From Basidiobolus ranarum (lineage: Eukaryota): a stretch of 47,999 nt of DNA. The stretch covers positions 1 through 47,999 of the forward strand of contig JASJQH010000021.1 in assembly GCA_040143965.1 (NCBI GenBank), given 5' to 3'. Shown in pieces: positions 11,790 to 23,375 of this stretch. The translations under genes and the position numbers were made by a program. Position 1 is the first letter of the stretch, and each line of letters opens with the position of its first letter. The notes below the pieces were generated by a model. The model was not told where the DNA came from. It did not search any database and was given only the letters and a program-made list of their open reading frames with translations.

Positions 11790-12948
11790 TTACAGCTCGT
11801 TTCCAACAGTAACCCAATAATCACGAAGATTATTCTTTCTTCCAAAAATCTCAAGATACTTTCCATTTGGAACGAGTTGTTCAATCATTTCATACAATTC
11901 CTCAGGCTTTTGACTTTGTCCACGTCTCTCTGAAAAAATCACATCAGAGCAAACAGAGTGTCGGCAGTTGGGAGGATCCTCACCCTAAGTGTTATAATAA
12001 ATTCTTGAGTATTCCGCTTTAGTATTGAGATCAACATACAAACGCTACCTTTTTGCCTATGAGACACGTCTCTTTAGCGTGTTGAAGGTAATAACCATGC
12101 CCTTTGGCCATTCTTCTATTGACAGTTTGTTTGACCCAGGTGATATCATCGACATATCTTGAAATATACAACTAGTCAATTAAAAGTTCCATTTTCATTA
12201 AAGATACTATCGCATGCGTACCTGTAACCCCACTTGGCCATAAGTTCAAATGCTTTAACATATTTGTTGTTAATCACCCATATAAAAATAAACCCATTCT
12301 GTTGAAGAAGTGGTATCGGTAACTCTTCTATACAAACATCAGGTAACTGTTGATAACCAATTGCAACCTAAAATAAATAATGTTTAGAAATATTCGGGTT
12401 TAGATCTATCTAGAGAATTTCGACTTACACCACGAGTTGGTGCATGAGTGGCTAATTGCCACGGTGGATCCATAAGAATTACGTCAAACTGGGCAGCTTC
12501 CGCTAAACTCTAAACAATTGTACGAACGTTTTAACATAGGTATGAATAACTATAGAGATATTAAGACACATACCTTCCATTCAAACGTCATGACATTGGC
12601 CTTGATAGGAACGCACCACTCAGGTGCCTCAAACTCTTCGAGATCGATCTCTGTAAAATTTGAACTTTTTTTAACAAACGAACGGAGATTACTTTTTCAA
12701 TAGAAGAGTTGAGCACAAAAACCACCAATACCTTCTTCTTCATCACCGTCTTTCTTGTTACCGTCGGAATCACCACGTTCCAATTTAATGATCTCTTCTT
12801 TTAAACTATCGATACGAAGTCGTAAACTAGTCTCCCTTTCAAGTAACTCACGAAGGTCTTCATCTACTTCGTCACTTTCAACATAATCTTCTACTTCCTC
12901 TTCAATATCTCCATTTTCTGAAGATGGTGGGTGAGCGTATGAAGGCAT
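11790..12948 (-). CDS. MTA1: MT-A70 family N6-adenine methyltransferase, MTA1/AMT1 (DNA 6mA) clade, 6 exons
   Basis: Spliced FDVILMDPPWQLATHAPTRGVAIGYQQL...GFIFIWVINNKY...YVDDITWVKQTVNRRMAKGHGYYLQHAKETCLIGKKG...SDVIFSERRGQSQKPEELYEMIEQLVPNGKYLEIFGRKNNLRDYWVTVGNEL*. DPPW at 12459-12470; acidic/coiled-coil N-terminus. Confidence 0.9.
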
Positions 12949-13358
12949 TATTATTATAGCAGGGTGTGTGCACTCTCCAAAAGCCTACTTCCAATATTCA
13001 CAACAATAATAATGACTTAAGAGTATAATCAATTCGAGATTTGAGAAATAATTTATTTTCATATTCAACAGATTGTTTTGTAAACAACAAACACATTATT
13101 AACTACTAGCCTGTCACATGATCTATGTATGGCCAACTCTACCATTACACAGTCACTCATACAATATTTACGCAACAATTCACAACTCTAGTTCTAACTG
13201 ATGGCTTATATCAAAGCGGGCATTTACGTGAATGAATGTTTTAAATTTATTGGTGATGCAGTGTTTAAGTGATGATTGAAGAGGAAATACTAAGTCAAGA
13301 GACAAATATCATGAGTAACAACTGACTGTAGTACAATTAATTTCCAAGAAAATTATGT

Positions 13359-14756
13359 TTACAATCTAGCCAACAAATTTCCTAAAGGTTTAGCGGAAAA
13401 TAGTTGAGCAGTAGATTTATCATATACATTTTGACCACGAACATAAGTCTTCTTAATGGATCCATTTAAGGTCATATTTTCATAGGGAGTAACCTTATTC
13501 TTGAAGTGAATCATTTTCTTGTCTACAACGAAACTTTCTTCGGGATTCCAAATAACGATATCAGCATCGGAACCGATTTGTAGACGTCCCTTACGATCCA
13601 AAATACCGGCATGACGAGCGGTGTTGTGAGACAACCAACGGGTTAAATCTTGAACAGTACAACCACGTCTCTTAGCCTCAGTCCAGAGGAGTGAAAGACC
13701 GAACTGAAGGGAGGAAATACCACCCCATGCAGCAGTGAAATCACCGCTATCGAAACGCTTAAGTTCAGGAGTGCAAGGAGAATGGTCTGAAACAACATAG
13801 TCAATGGTACCGTCCAACAAAGCTTCCCAAAGAAGCTCACGGTTGGAACCTTCACGAATAGGTGGGCAACACTTGAAGTGGGTAGCACCATTAATGATAT
13901 CTTCGGCGTTAAGAGTCAAATAATGGTAACATGTCTCGACAGTCAACTTAACTCCCTCTGATTTAGCTTTACGGATCATGGGAAGAGCCTCAGCAGAGGA
14001 AAGATGAACGATATGGGTACGGACGTTAGGGAAATCCTTGCAAACACGAATAATCATTTCAATAGCCTTCACCTCTAAAGCGTGAGGGCGAGATTGTAAG
14101 AATGTTTGATAGGCAGAAGGGTCGGTACTTTGAGGAGTAGTGGTGTCGTGGGAATGATCATCACATTCCATCTCAGCGTGGAACATGAAAACGTTGTCAG
14201 TTCCATCGAATTCGGCGAAAGCTTTACGAACATCCTCCTCCTCAACACATGGGAATTCATCAACACCAGATTCAATCAAGAAGCATTTGAAACCACAGAC
14301 ACCAGCGGCAATCATTGGGCGTAGTTGTTCAGCGTTACCGGGAATCACACCACCGTAGAAACCAACATCTACCCAAGCTTGAGGTTTTGCGGCCTCCTTC
14401 TTGATGTTAAGGTTTTCCAAAGTAGTAGTAGGAGGAATGGAATTCAAAGGCATATCAATGACGGTAGTCAAACCACCAGCAGCGGCAGCTCTAGTGGCGG
14501 TATCAAAGCCTTCCCAATCAGTTCTACCAGGTTCATTCAAGTGAACGTGAGCATCGATAACACCGGGCATAATGAGGTCATCGCCAGCATCAACAAAGTT
14601 CTTATCTTCAATACCAGGGAAATCAGCCTTGGTAGAGTGGTTTTTGGTTATTTTAATAATGCGACCAGTCCAGGGGTCTACGTGAAGAGTAGCGGGCTCA
14701 ACTTTAGATTTAGAGTCAGTAAGAACACGGTTACCAGTGAAAATAATGGCAGACAT
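13359..14756 (-). CDS. DAL1: Allantoinase (amidohydrolase superfamily), intronless
   Basis: PGVIDAHVHLNEPGRTDWEGF.TATRAAAAGG.TTVIDMPLNSIPPTT, GFKCFLIESGVDEFP, FKCCPPIR, VSDHSPC, WGGISSLQFGL. Confidence 0.95.
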   Translation of the reverse strand: MSAIIFTGNRVLTDSKSKVEPATLHVDPWTGRIIKITKNHSTKADFPGIEDKNFVDAGDDLIMPGVIDAHVHLNEPGRTDWEGFDTATRAAAAGGLTTVIDMPLNSIPPTTTLENLNIKKEAAKPQAWVDVGFYGGVIPGNAEQLRPMIAAGVCGFKCFLIESGVDEFPCVEEEDVRKAFAEFDGTDNVFMFHAEMECDDHSHDTTTPQSTDPSAYQTFLQSRPHALEVKAIEMIIRVCKDFPNVRTHIVHLSSAEALPMIRKAKSEGVKLTVETCYHYLTLNAEDIINGATHFKCCPPIREGSNRELLWEALLDGTIDYVVSDHSPCTPELKRFDSGDFTAAWGGISSLQFGLSLLWTEAKRRGCTVQDLTRWLSHNTARHAGILDRKGRLQIGSDADIVIWNPEESFVVDKKMIHFKNKVTPYENMTLNGSIKKTYVRGQNVYDKSTAQLFSAKPLGNLLARL

Positions 14757-15294
14757 CTTTTAATACAATTTGAATTAAGATAGAATTGACACATTATTCG
14801 AGGAGAGGATTGCTCCTTTTTGTAAGATTTTTCAGAGGTTATGACGTATATGGAAATCAACGATCCAGTAAGAGAAAAAAGAAATTAGATCTATTTATTC
14901 GATGGATTATCTATCTTCAGCACTGATCAATCTATGAGATATTTTACTTTACCTTGAATTCCAATCAGTAGTGAAAAAGCAACCTAGAGAGTCAATCACG
15001 TGTTATGATAATCTATTGTATGACTTTGATTTTCGATGTGACTGGTTCCAAGCGTTGTGAAATGGGGCATTTCGTAAGGATTATCTGCAACCACAAACCC
15101 CACTAAGTTGGAAAAGGAATGTTATAGAATTTCAGGGAGAAACGAACTTGCAATTCGGGAGTGGTAGTCAAACGAGTTAGGTAATAATACACAACCAAAG
15201 ATAATCTTTATACAACTTGTTATTTATTGGTAAATGCAAATAATAAAAGCGTGGTAATAATCAATATAGTAAACAACAAAGGGTGGGAGTGGGA

Positions 15295-16473
15295 TTATTC
15301 GTCATCTTCATCGCTATCCTCTTCTTCAGCTTCAGCCAACCAAGTGATGAATGGTTCAGCCTTCTTACGAATGCTTTTACTAGTATCTTTATCGACATAC
15401 TTCTTGCTAGCCTTACTTCCCCATTTAATGAAGACTTCTTCGTCAATAAGATCTTCATCGTAGATCGCCTTAAGAATGACCGGTGTCTTAGGTAAAAGAC
15501 TCTGATAACTGATACCAATTAAACGCTCCAAACCACCCAAAAGGGCTTTCTGATCTTTCTCGTTCTTAACTAACTCTTCCAACAATGCAGATCTCTTAGG
15601 GATCTGCTTGATGATATCATCATCGAAGAGAGCTTGAGCAATAACTTGAACTGCTCTGTGTCTCTTGCTCATGCCAACTTCTTCCATCTTTTCCAAGATT
15701 TCTTCATCGCTAGCTTGTCTATTCTCCTCCAACCAAGTACCGAAGAGTTCGTATGAGCTTCCAGCTCCTTCATCATCATCGTCATCACCCATAACGAGAG
15801 CAGTATTCATGCTGGACTCAAGTTCCCTCATTCTAGCAGCGACGGCTTCGGGGCTAGTATCTTCAGCCCAATCATCGTCGTCAGCTAGGAGAGAGTCTCC
15901 AGTTGGGAGTACAGCAACATCAGCATTAATACGTCTGGTAAGCTCATCATCGGAACCACCATCGGCACCTTCCTCGGTAGATGGAGGAGTATTGAGACCA
16001 CTGTCGGCGTGTCCACGGTTCTTCTTACCCTTGGTTTCTGGTGGATTCTTCACAATGTAAGTAGTCAACTTGTGTCTCATGTCAACGGGTGTGCGTTGTC
16101 CACAAGCTTTGCAATCACGAATGATATCGTCCTTGCTGATGATTAAGTCAGTTTCTGGATTTTTGCAAGATCCACACAAGACGAATTTATCAATGAAGCC
16201 ATCCAATAATTTCTGAAGTTTCTCAGCATCATGAGAACCGTTGACAATATATCTGTCATTTTTAGCTTCGCACTTAACTTGGGCACCTAATTCGCAACCG
16301 AAATATTTGGTTGGGTAGGCGGGAGGACGACAAAGGGAGCGAGAAATATCGGTCATGTTGGGGATTACAGTTTTGATGCCGTTTCCTCTTCCTTCAACTT
16401 TAGCGAGAAGACGAGGCATCTTATAACGGTAGAAAGAATCCTTGACATCTCTGCGGATATTGATAGCAGCCAT
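15295..16473 (-). CDS. TIF5: Eukaryotic translation initiation factor 5
   Basis: INIRRDVKDSFYRYKMP, GNGIKTV, zinc knuckle C..CKNPET...CKACG, C-terminal W2 domain (EPFITWLAEAEEE). Confidence 0.97.
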   Translation of the reverse strand: MAAINIRRDVKDSFYRYKMPRLLAKVEGRGNGIKTVIPNMTDISRSLCRPPAYPTKYFGCELGAQVKCEAKNDRYIVNGSHDAEKLQKLLDGFIDKFVLCGSCKNPETDLIISKDDIIRDCKACGQRTPVDMRHKLTTYIVKNPPETKGKKNRGHADSGLNTPPSTEEGADGGSDDELTRRINADVAVLPTGDSLLADDDDWAEDTSPEAVAARMRELESSMNTALVMGDDDDDEGAGSSYELFGTWLEENRQASDEEILEKMEEVGMSKRHRAVQVIAQALFDDDIIKQIPKRSALLEELVKNEKDQKALLGGLERLIGISYQSLLPKTPVILKAIYDEDLIDEEVFIKWGSKASKKYVDKDTSKSIRKKAEPFITWLAEAEEEDSDEDDE

Positions 16474-16569
16474 TTTTGGTTATTGAATTATTGTTGTGGG
16501 TTATACGTGTTGGGTCGATAGAGTGTAGTGTTTGAGAACAGGATTGGATTTTAAAATGCAAATTAGCAA

Positions 16570-16680
16570 TTACAAGAACAATTTCTTTCTTTTAGAAAGA
16601 CGTATCGATAAGAAAGCAGAATGGTGATTATCGTAATCGGAACAAAACAGCGGCTTGTATTCTAGTAATGCCAGGAACAT
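16570..16680 (-). promoter_or_regulatory. Upstream ORF (36 aa) with poor-context AUG in the eIF5 5' leader
   Basis: ttcATGt (U at -3 and +4) at 16680, stop at 16572-16570, about 100 nt before the strong-context main AUG (aaaATGg). Predicted leader intron 16786-16698 (gttgag...ctaaac...cag). Confidence 0.65.
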
Positions 16681-17517
16681 GAATTGCTGGAAATGAACTG
16701 GGAGTTTAGAGAAGAAACTCTTAAGTGATAAGCAAAGCTTAAGCGGAGTAGGATTAACAACTAAAGCGAAACTACGAGAACTCAACCTGAGGAAGAAAAC
16801 GTTTTGAGCAACCCAAAAGCCATCAATCTGCTTTTATTAAACCCCTGGGTATGGCGCAGTACCATAGGTCACCTAAAATTTTCTGATTGGTGCTTACGAT
16901 TCTTTTTTTTCCTATAAACATCCCTTTTCTGCTTGGATCATAGTTTGGAGGGATCAAATCTGATACTAATCTGAGTAAGGTATCGAAGTTTTGGGGGAAG
17001 ATGGTCTACACTGGTCTAAGGAGTAACCCATGAAATCATTCGCTATACTGACTTGGATCGTAAATTAAACAAATTCCTTTTGATTAGTTTATGAAGCAAA
17101 CGGAGTGATGGGCTCGCTTGCTGGGCGTTTGTGCTGCTGTTCTTGTGACATCGGTGATACCTTTTCTGCAACTGTCTGACAAAACTGGTTTTCTCGGTGA
17201 TAAATCAATTCTCCTGTATCTTAAAACGCAATTGTTCTCCTGTATAGTCACTACTATATTCACTGCTATATTCAGGGTACATGAATGGATATCAAAATGA
17301 AGTCACAACATACATGTTTCTTTCACTAACCAATTGATGTTAGGGATCAAAGCATCACTGTTGGTGTTGAAAACTAATGAGATACCACGTGTCAACATCA
17401 TCAATTTGAAGCACATGATAATGTAGAAGTAGGGCATAAGTAGGTGAATGCCTTTTTATTCGTTTCAAATAGCTAATAAGCACTCAATACAGTGATATTG
17501 ATATTGATTAGAGAACA

Positions 17518-20500
17518 TTAGCGGTGTCCGATCCAGTTAACGATTTGGTCCAAAATTTGTTGGTCAAAGCGCTTGAGAGTATTTAAAGGGAGCTCAGTAC
17601 GGACACCTTGGAGGTTGTAAAAGAATTAGGAAAAAATATCAAGTATCCAATATAAATTCTGGTGTATCATACCGTAAGGATGAAGTGCCCCATAGGAAGA
17701 GTCGCTGCCATTTAACTCGATAGAAACAGGATGAACCAAGACATAGGAATTCTAGAACCGCGTTAGAGATAAGTAGATAGTCACATTTACTGCCACTAGA
17801 AACCGATACTAACCTCTTTATACCATGTGCTCTTGTTAATCGGAACGTTCGGAATTTCAGTGCCAGGTATCATTACAAAGTAAGACTCTTTGCTTTCAAT
17901 ATCTACCAATGTTAGAAGAAATTAGCAATGTAAAGCGAAAGGGTTATTTGTGGTAATCTACCTGAATTCGTAATCAAGTTGGTTATTGATACAGCACCAT
18001 ATCCAGTTGCAACAAAGACAAGTTTAGTGCTAGTAGGTCTTTGTATCAGAGTGTAAGTAAACAGTATGTTAATCTAGTCAAAGCTGTAGAGTAGGTACCG
18101 AATATATCTATTCCAAATGTGCATAAAAAGTCTATCGACGATAGCTTTGTCATCGTCTTGAAATCCATCCTTAAGAGGTGATTCTCAGTATGAGGGTGAA
18201 ATATGTGAAGATACAAGAGTATGTTCTTACCAGGCTAGGGATGTTTATATCTATCAATTCCCAATTCTTGGCAAGTACTTTCCCAACAAACTTATTGACT
18301 CCGTTAATCTAACAAAAGGTATCATTAGTTTCGATCTGCGTTCAACTGGTCGAATGGCCATCAGCATACCAAGTCAGATTCTTGTTGAGAAAAATTCTCT
18401 GGGTTGTTCCTATTTTACAAAGTTTAGTTTATCAGAAGGCGAAGGCAAAGCACTTTAACAAAACCACAAACATATCATGTATGAAAATAACAATGACATC
18501 GGTTGCATTCGTTAATCCACTAGAATTGAAGCATGTCAATAAGCATAAGGTACAAAGGTCTGTGATGACGCTTACCTGTAAAACACTTCTTCGCGGAATA
18601 GATCAGGGACATTGGATCCATTGATTGGGAGCTTTAACAATCCATATTCATCCATTAAAAGTTCTGATCTTTCTTTGGAGAGAGCTAATAAGCAACGTAA
18701 TATGTTACAATATGTTGAGATGAAAATGAAGTGGCTTTGACTCTTACTTTCTCGATGCAGTAATCTTGCACTGGATATTTCTTATATGAAAAACCGTTAG
18801 CATCTCGAAAATGATTTTTTAAAAAGTCTACAGTTACCAGAGTTCAAGTAGGATATTTGTAAGCTTGAGCTTTGTAAAGCCTCCCAATATTTTGATTGTG
18901 TTTGAATGACTTTTTGGGTGATTTCCACGCATTTTGTACTTGGAACAAGTGATTCTAGAGCAGGTGGATCCTCCCCGGTCAAGACTTTTACGCATGCTAA
19001 TGCTGATGTAGAGGCTACATCTATATCATAACCACCCTAATATACAATATTGTCATTTTTTGTTTCGCTGCACATACACACAAATATATATTTAAGTACC
19101 TCCAAAGCCAACACCAGTTTCCCTCCAGCTAATGATTTGAGCATATAGGTCATATGAGCATATCCAGCAGGAGAAACAAGACAGTCGCCCACTCGATCTC
19201 CTAATTTATAAAAATTAAATACTTGAACTAACGATATTCATATCACTTAGAAAACGCCAGCTATACCTGCACCTGCATCAAAGCCAGCGGCAACTGATAT
19301 TATTAATTAGCAAAGGCATTGGATGTGAGCTGTATTACCATAACCTACTGATGACGATTTCCGGAGAAAATTCATAGGCAACAGGCATCAAGATGTTGTT
19401 GAACACATGTAGATAGTCGCTGTCACCCATGCCAGAACAGGGCCAAGGAACATTAATGTTTCTATATAATGATTGATTTCTCGTTAAGGATACAAACTGC
19501 ACAAATACAACATTACATTAGATAACTCACTTCCCCTTCGCTTCTCCTTCACCGACTATATGATGAGCAGCAGATGTTTCGTATGGATAAAACTTGGATT
19601 CTTCATAGCGGTGTATCGAGAAGTATAACACATTGGGATCCGATAAAAATACTTTTTGAATTCCATTACCTAGTAGACGTATTAAGTATGGCTAGTGAAG
19701 TCTAAGTGAAGACTACAATGTATTCTACCATGATGAATGTCCCTTTAAAGGATGGTTTACAGGATTAGCTATAGTAGCTTAAATCAAAGTAAGAAGCTTA
19801 CTAACCAATCCACAATAAGAATTCGTTTGGCTTTGTGGTATTCTTGAAGATACTTGGTGGCGATCGCCTTAAAAAATAAATTAGACCATTTTCACATGGA
19901 AAATAATGCAAAAGGAAGGGTAGAGCTTACTATGTTATTATACAGGCAAAATCCCCTATAGTCAGAACACATATTAAGGCCTGAAAGTCAATCTATAAAC
20001 GAATACACGAAAGCACTTACATAGGCTATGTGGGAAATAATAATATTAGACTTGAATCAAAGCAAAAAATACGTCAACTTCAAAAGAGAACTTACCCCAT
20101 CAGGTCCAGCATGGTGACCACTAAACATTTAAAAGATTAAATTTAGTGAGGAATGAAAACAGGGTAGAGATAATATTTTTAATACGTACGGCGGTCTGAT
20201 GATTGCGAAACCGTTTTTAACAACACCTTTATAAACAGTCCTACATAGCTCTATAACACCTCCACTAGCGATTCTCGCACAGCGAGCAGATTCATTATTC
20301 AAATAGATCGAATTGTAAGTGCTTGCTAAATTTTTTAACTCTTGTATTGAGAGATCTGAAAAACAACAGAGTTACTTCTAGAGTACTATGATTGTATTTA
20401 GGAAATGGAGGATTCCATACCAGCCGAACTCGTAAGTGTCTCGTGATATTTTGCAGAATGCACGAGTAGTATTTCTTCCGTAGTAGCTTCTCGCGCTGAA

Positions 20501-20727
20501 ACTCTGACGCACTTGGTCAAAATGCCGTCGTCCTGAATGGCTTTGAATATTTTCCAAATACGTTGGGGATTTTCAAGCTGTTCTGTATCACTATCTAAAG
20601 GAGCATGAAATCTTAGTCTAACATCATAAACTATTCCGGTTGAAAATCTTGATAGATATTCTAAAGGTTCTGAATCTATTCTTTGCTTTTTTGTTTCATT
20701 ACGTGCAGGTCGCGAACTTGGTCGCAT
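17518..20727 (-). CDS. HDA1: Class II histone deacetylase (Hda1/Clr3) with probable C-terminal Arb2 domain, at least 15 exons including microexons
   Basis: [12 protein letters not shown]...ENPQRI; spliced [49 protein letters not shown]. Last exon ends ...IVNWIGHR* (TAA 17520-17518). Confidence 0.92.
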
Positions 20728-21358
20728 TTTGAATAGAAATGCAATGTGTTATTGCCCAGAAACTCTTACGAATAAACAACCTAAACTATTAGTTTATATT
20801 GTCTTTTTGGTTAGTAAGAAATCCACTATATTTTGATTAGAAATTTTTGATCTGAATACTCGAATGAAATCCACTTGTAGGTATGATTGATAAGAATAAC
20901 ATAGGTAAGTATCTTGGTGGTAGTTCATGTTTAATAAAGACAAATGCACCAAGTATTTCATCTTTGAGTTATTTATATAGGCCAATACGTGAGAGCGGGG
21001 GCATATTAATCTTATCAGCTCGCTTTACTTCTTAGTTCCGAGACAAGAGTCACTGGTGACACCCAGGAATACATTGGGGAGAACTGCTGAGTTACTATCA
21101 ATAGCCAAGGAAACCCAGGTATATGCAGAGTTAAAAGTACTCGCAAGTACTATTCCCAAAATATTCATTTATTGATATTGCCATTTCACAACCCATTTAC
21201 CCATTTGGCTATTTCATATTATTTGCCATTCACCCTCGGCTTACCTGTCAAACATATTTAGGTATTACCGAAATTTACTTTTCCGAATTTGTTTAATTAT
21301 TTCGACTATATAGCATCTGGGTTATAATTCAAAACCCTTGCCCTGCATATACTCCAAC

Positions 21359-22629
21359 ATGATTCCTTTGCTACACCTTCAACGCCACTTTGCTTGTCGA
21401 TCTCTGACCTCAGTCATCCGCTCGCAGCACACCTCGCATGTAAAATCCACCGCCGAAATTATTCGCTTTGATAGAGTCAACGTATTTACTTCACTTCGGT
21501 GGAGAGGTACAAATCAAGCATATCGTTCTTTGAGCATGACCCCTCAGACTGAGAACGCCATTCCAGTGCAAGAGAATCTTGAAAAAGCTCAACCCATGCA
21601 TTTCAATACAAAAAAAGAGCCATTCAACTTTGATTTTAACGCAGAGCTTCAATCAGTTAGCCAAGGTAATTCATACTTATTCAATGCACTTCGAGACTTG
21701 AATTAAGTGGCTGGTATTACAGGAAAACTTATATATGCCACAAATGAAGAAAGCCCTATACTCGTCATATCCTCCGCATCCATCTCTCAGGAATGCACCT
21801 TTTTACCGAAAGAAAGTGGAACCGCCTTTCCATTTCGTCTAGATTTACCATTATCTGTAATGTCTTATCAAATCAAAGAGGAATATCCACAACTACAGGA
21901 TGTATCTTTTCATGAATCTACAGCAGATTCTCGACCTTCTTTCAAATATTCGCAACATTTCACAGTGGAGGATGTGATACAAAAGGCTATACATAATCCC
22001 TGTAGGGGATTCTTTATCTCTATAAATGGAAATAGAATATTTATTCAAATTCCCACTTTTAAAGGTGAGTTTATTAAGTTTTGATTTTCAAATCGGTATT
22101 TACTGATGTTTTCGTTTAGAGAGAACCTTCATGTTAGATAAAAATCTTTCTATTATCGAAGAACGCTTGAAACCCTTGAGAGAGCTTAAAGAGAAGTGTG
22201 ATAGCTACGCTGTAAACACAAACAAGAAACTCGTAACTGGTGGTATGGCTGGGTTATGTGCTTACTTTGGAATTATGGCCAAACTGACTTGGTGGGATTA
22301 TGGCTGGGATGGTAAGTTTAGTTGATACGGATTCAATCAAAACAATTATTTGTAAATTAACACTTCTCATCCCTCAACCTGTAGTTATAGAACCATTCAC
22401 TTATTTCACTGGAGTCAGTGTAGGTATCTTTGGTTACTTGTATTTCTTAATCACTAAGAGAGATTATACCTACGAAGCTATATCCAAGTATGCCATAAGT
22501 CGCCGTCAAATGAACCTTTATCTAAAACATGGATTTGACCTGGAAACATATCAAACTCTATGCAGTCAACGTGATAAAACTCATGGTCGAATTAAAAAGA
22601 TTAAAGAGGAATATGAAGCCCATGTTTAG
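21359..22629 (+). CDS. MCU: Mitochondrial calcium uniporter pore subunit, 4 exons
   Basis: Basic presequence-like N-terminus, coiled coil, TM1-LTWWDYGWD|VIEPFTYFTG-TM2 (WDxxEP filter formed across a splice junction), then RDYTYE and KHGFDLETY. Confidence 0.9.
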
Positions 22630-22947
22630 TGCTTAGGCGTGGCCGATCTTGAAGACCATGATCTTGCACATGTACATTTAATCGATACTTTTAAAGTAAT
22701 TAGAGTCTTATCAAATATCAAATTCTATATAAATTAGGAATGTCAACCTCAAAACGTATCATAGATCGAACACATACTACTGAACATAATAAACCTATCG
22801 ATATTGTTAATGACCTAAGCAACAGTATAATATCATCAACATAGATATTCAGCGTAACAATATGGTACTGGAGTGGTTACTATCAAATTACTGCGAGAAA
22901 TATTTGGCGATAATGCGAATAGTTTATTGAAGATTAAAATCTTAAAT

Positions 22948-23375
22948 TTAAGATTCCATCAATTCGCGAAGACGACGAACGGTGCTTCTGACAGTGGCAG
23001 CAGCAGTGGTTGAGACAGTCCAGGCACCACCGGCCATGACTTTACGGCAACCACGGCATTCCCAAATACCAACAGATTGACGCTTGACGGCATCCTACAA
23101 TGAGTATAATACAGGTTAGGTAAGGGTATCAGAAGTAATGAGAGTAACTTGAGATATACAAACCTTGCCACAGAAAGTGCAAGTATATTTGGCGTGTTGA
23201 GTGATTTCCATCTTCTTCACTTGCTTTCTAAGGGAAGCACCATAACGGGTACCGTATTTACCAACAACTCCAACCTTTTTAGTACGTTTGGCCTAAATCA
23301 ATAACATCTGTAAGCTCCTGTAGGTAGATGGATGGATGTTCAATACATCCATAGTAAATAAGCAGAACTTACCAT
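22948..23375 (-). CDS. RPL43: 60S ribosomal protein eL43 (L37a); first coding exon is only the ATG
   Basis: [73 protein letters not shown]...RRLRELMES*. Confidence 0.97.

Noticed and set aside
19483-19493. GTATCCTTAAC (U12-type 5' splice site / branch-point-like) inside HDA1 intron 19462-19530
   Set aside because: The intron's donor is an ordinary GTGAGT, so it is most simply a U2 intron with a chance match.
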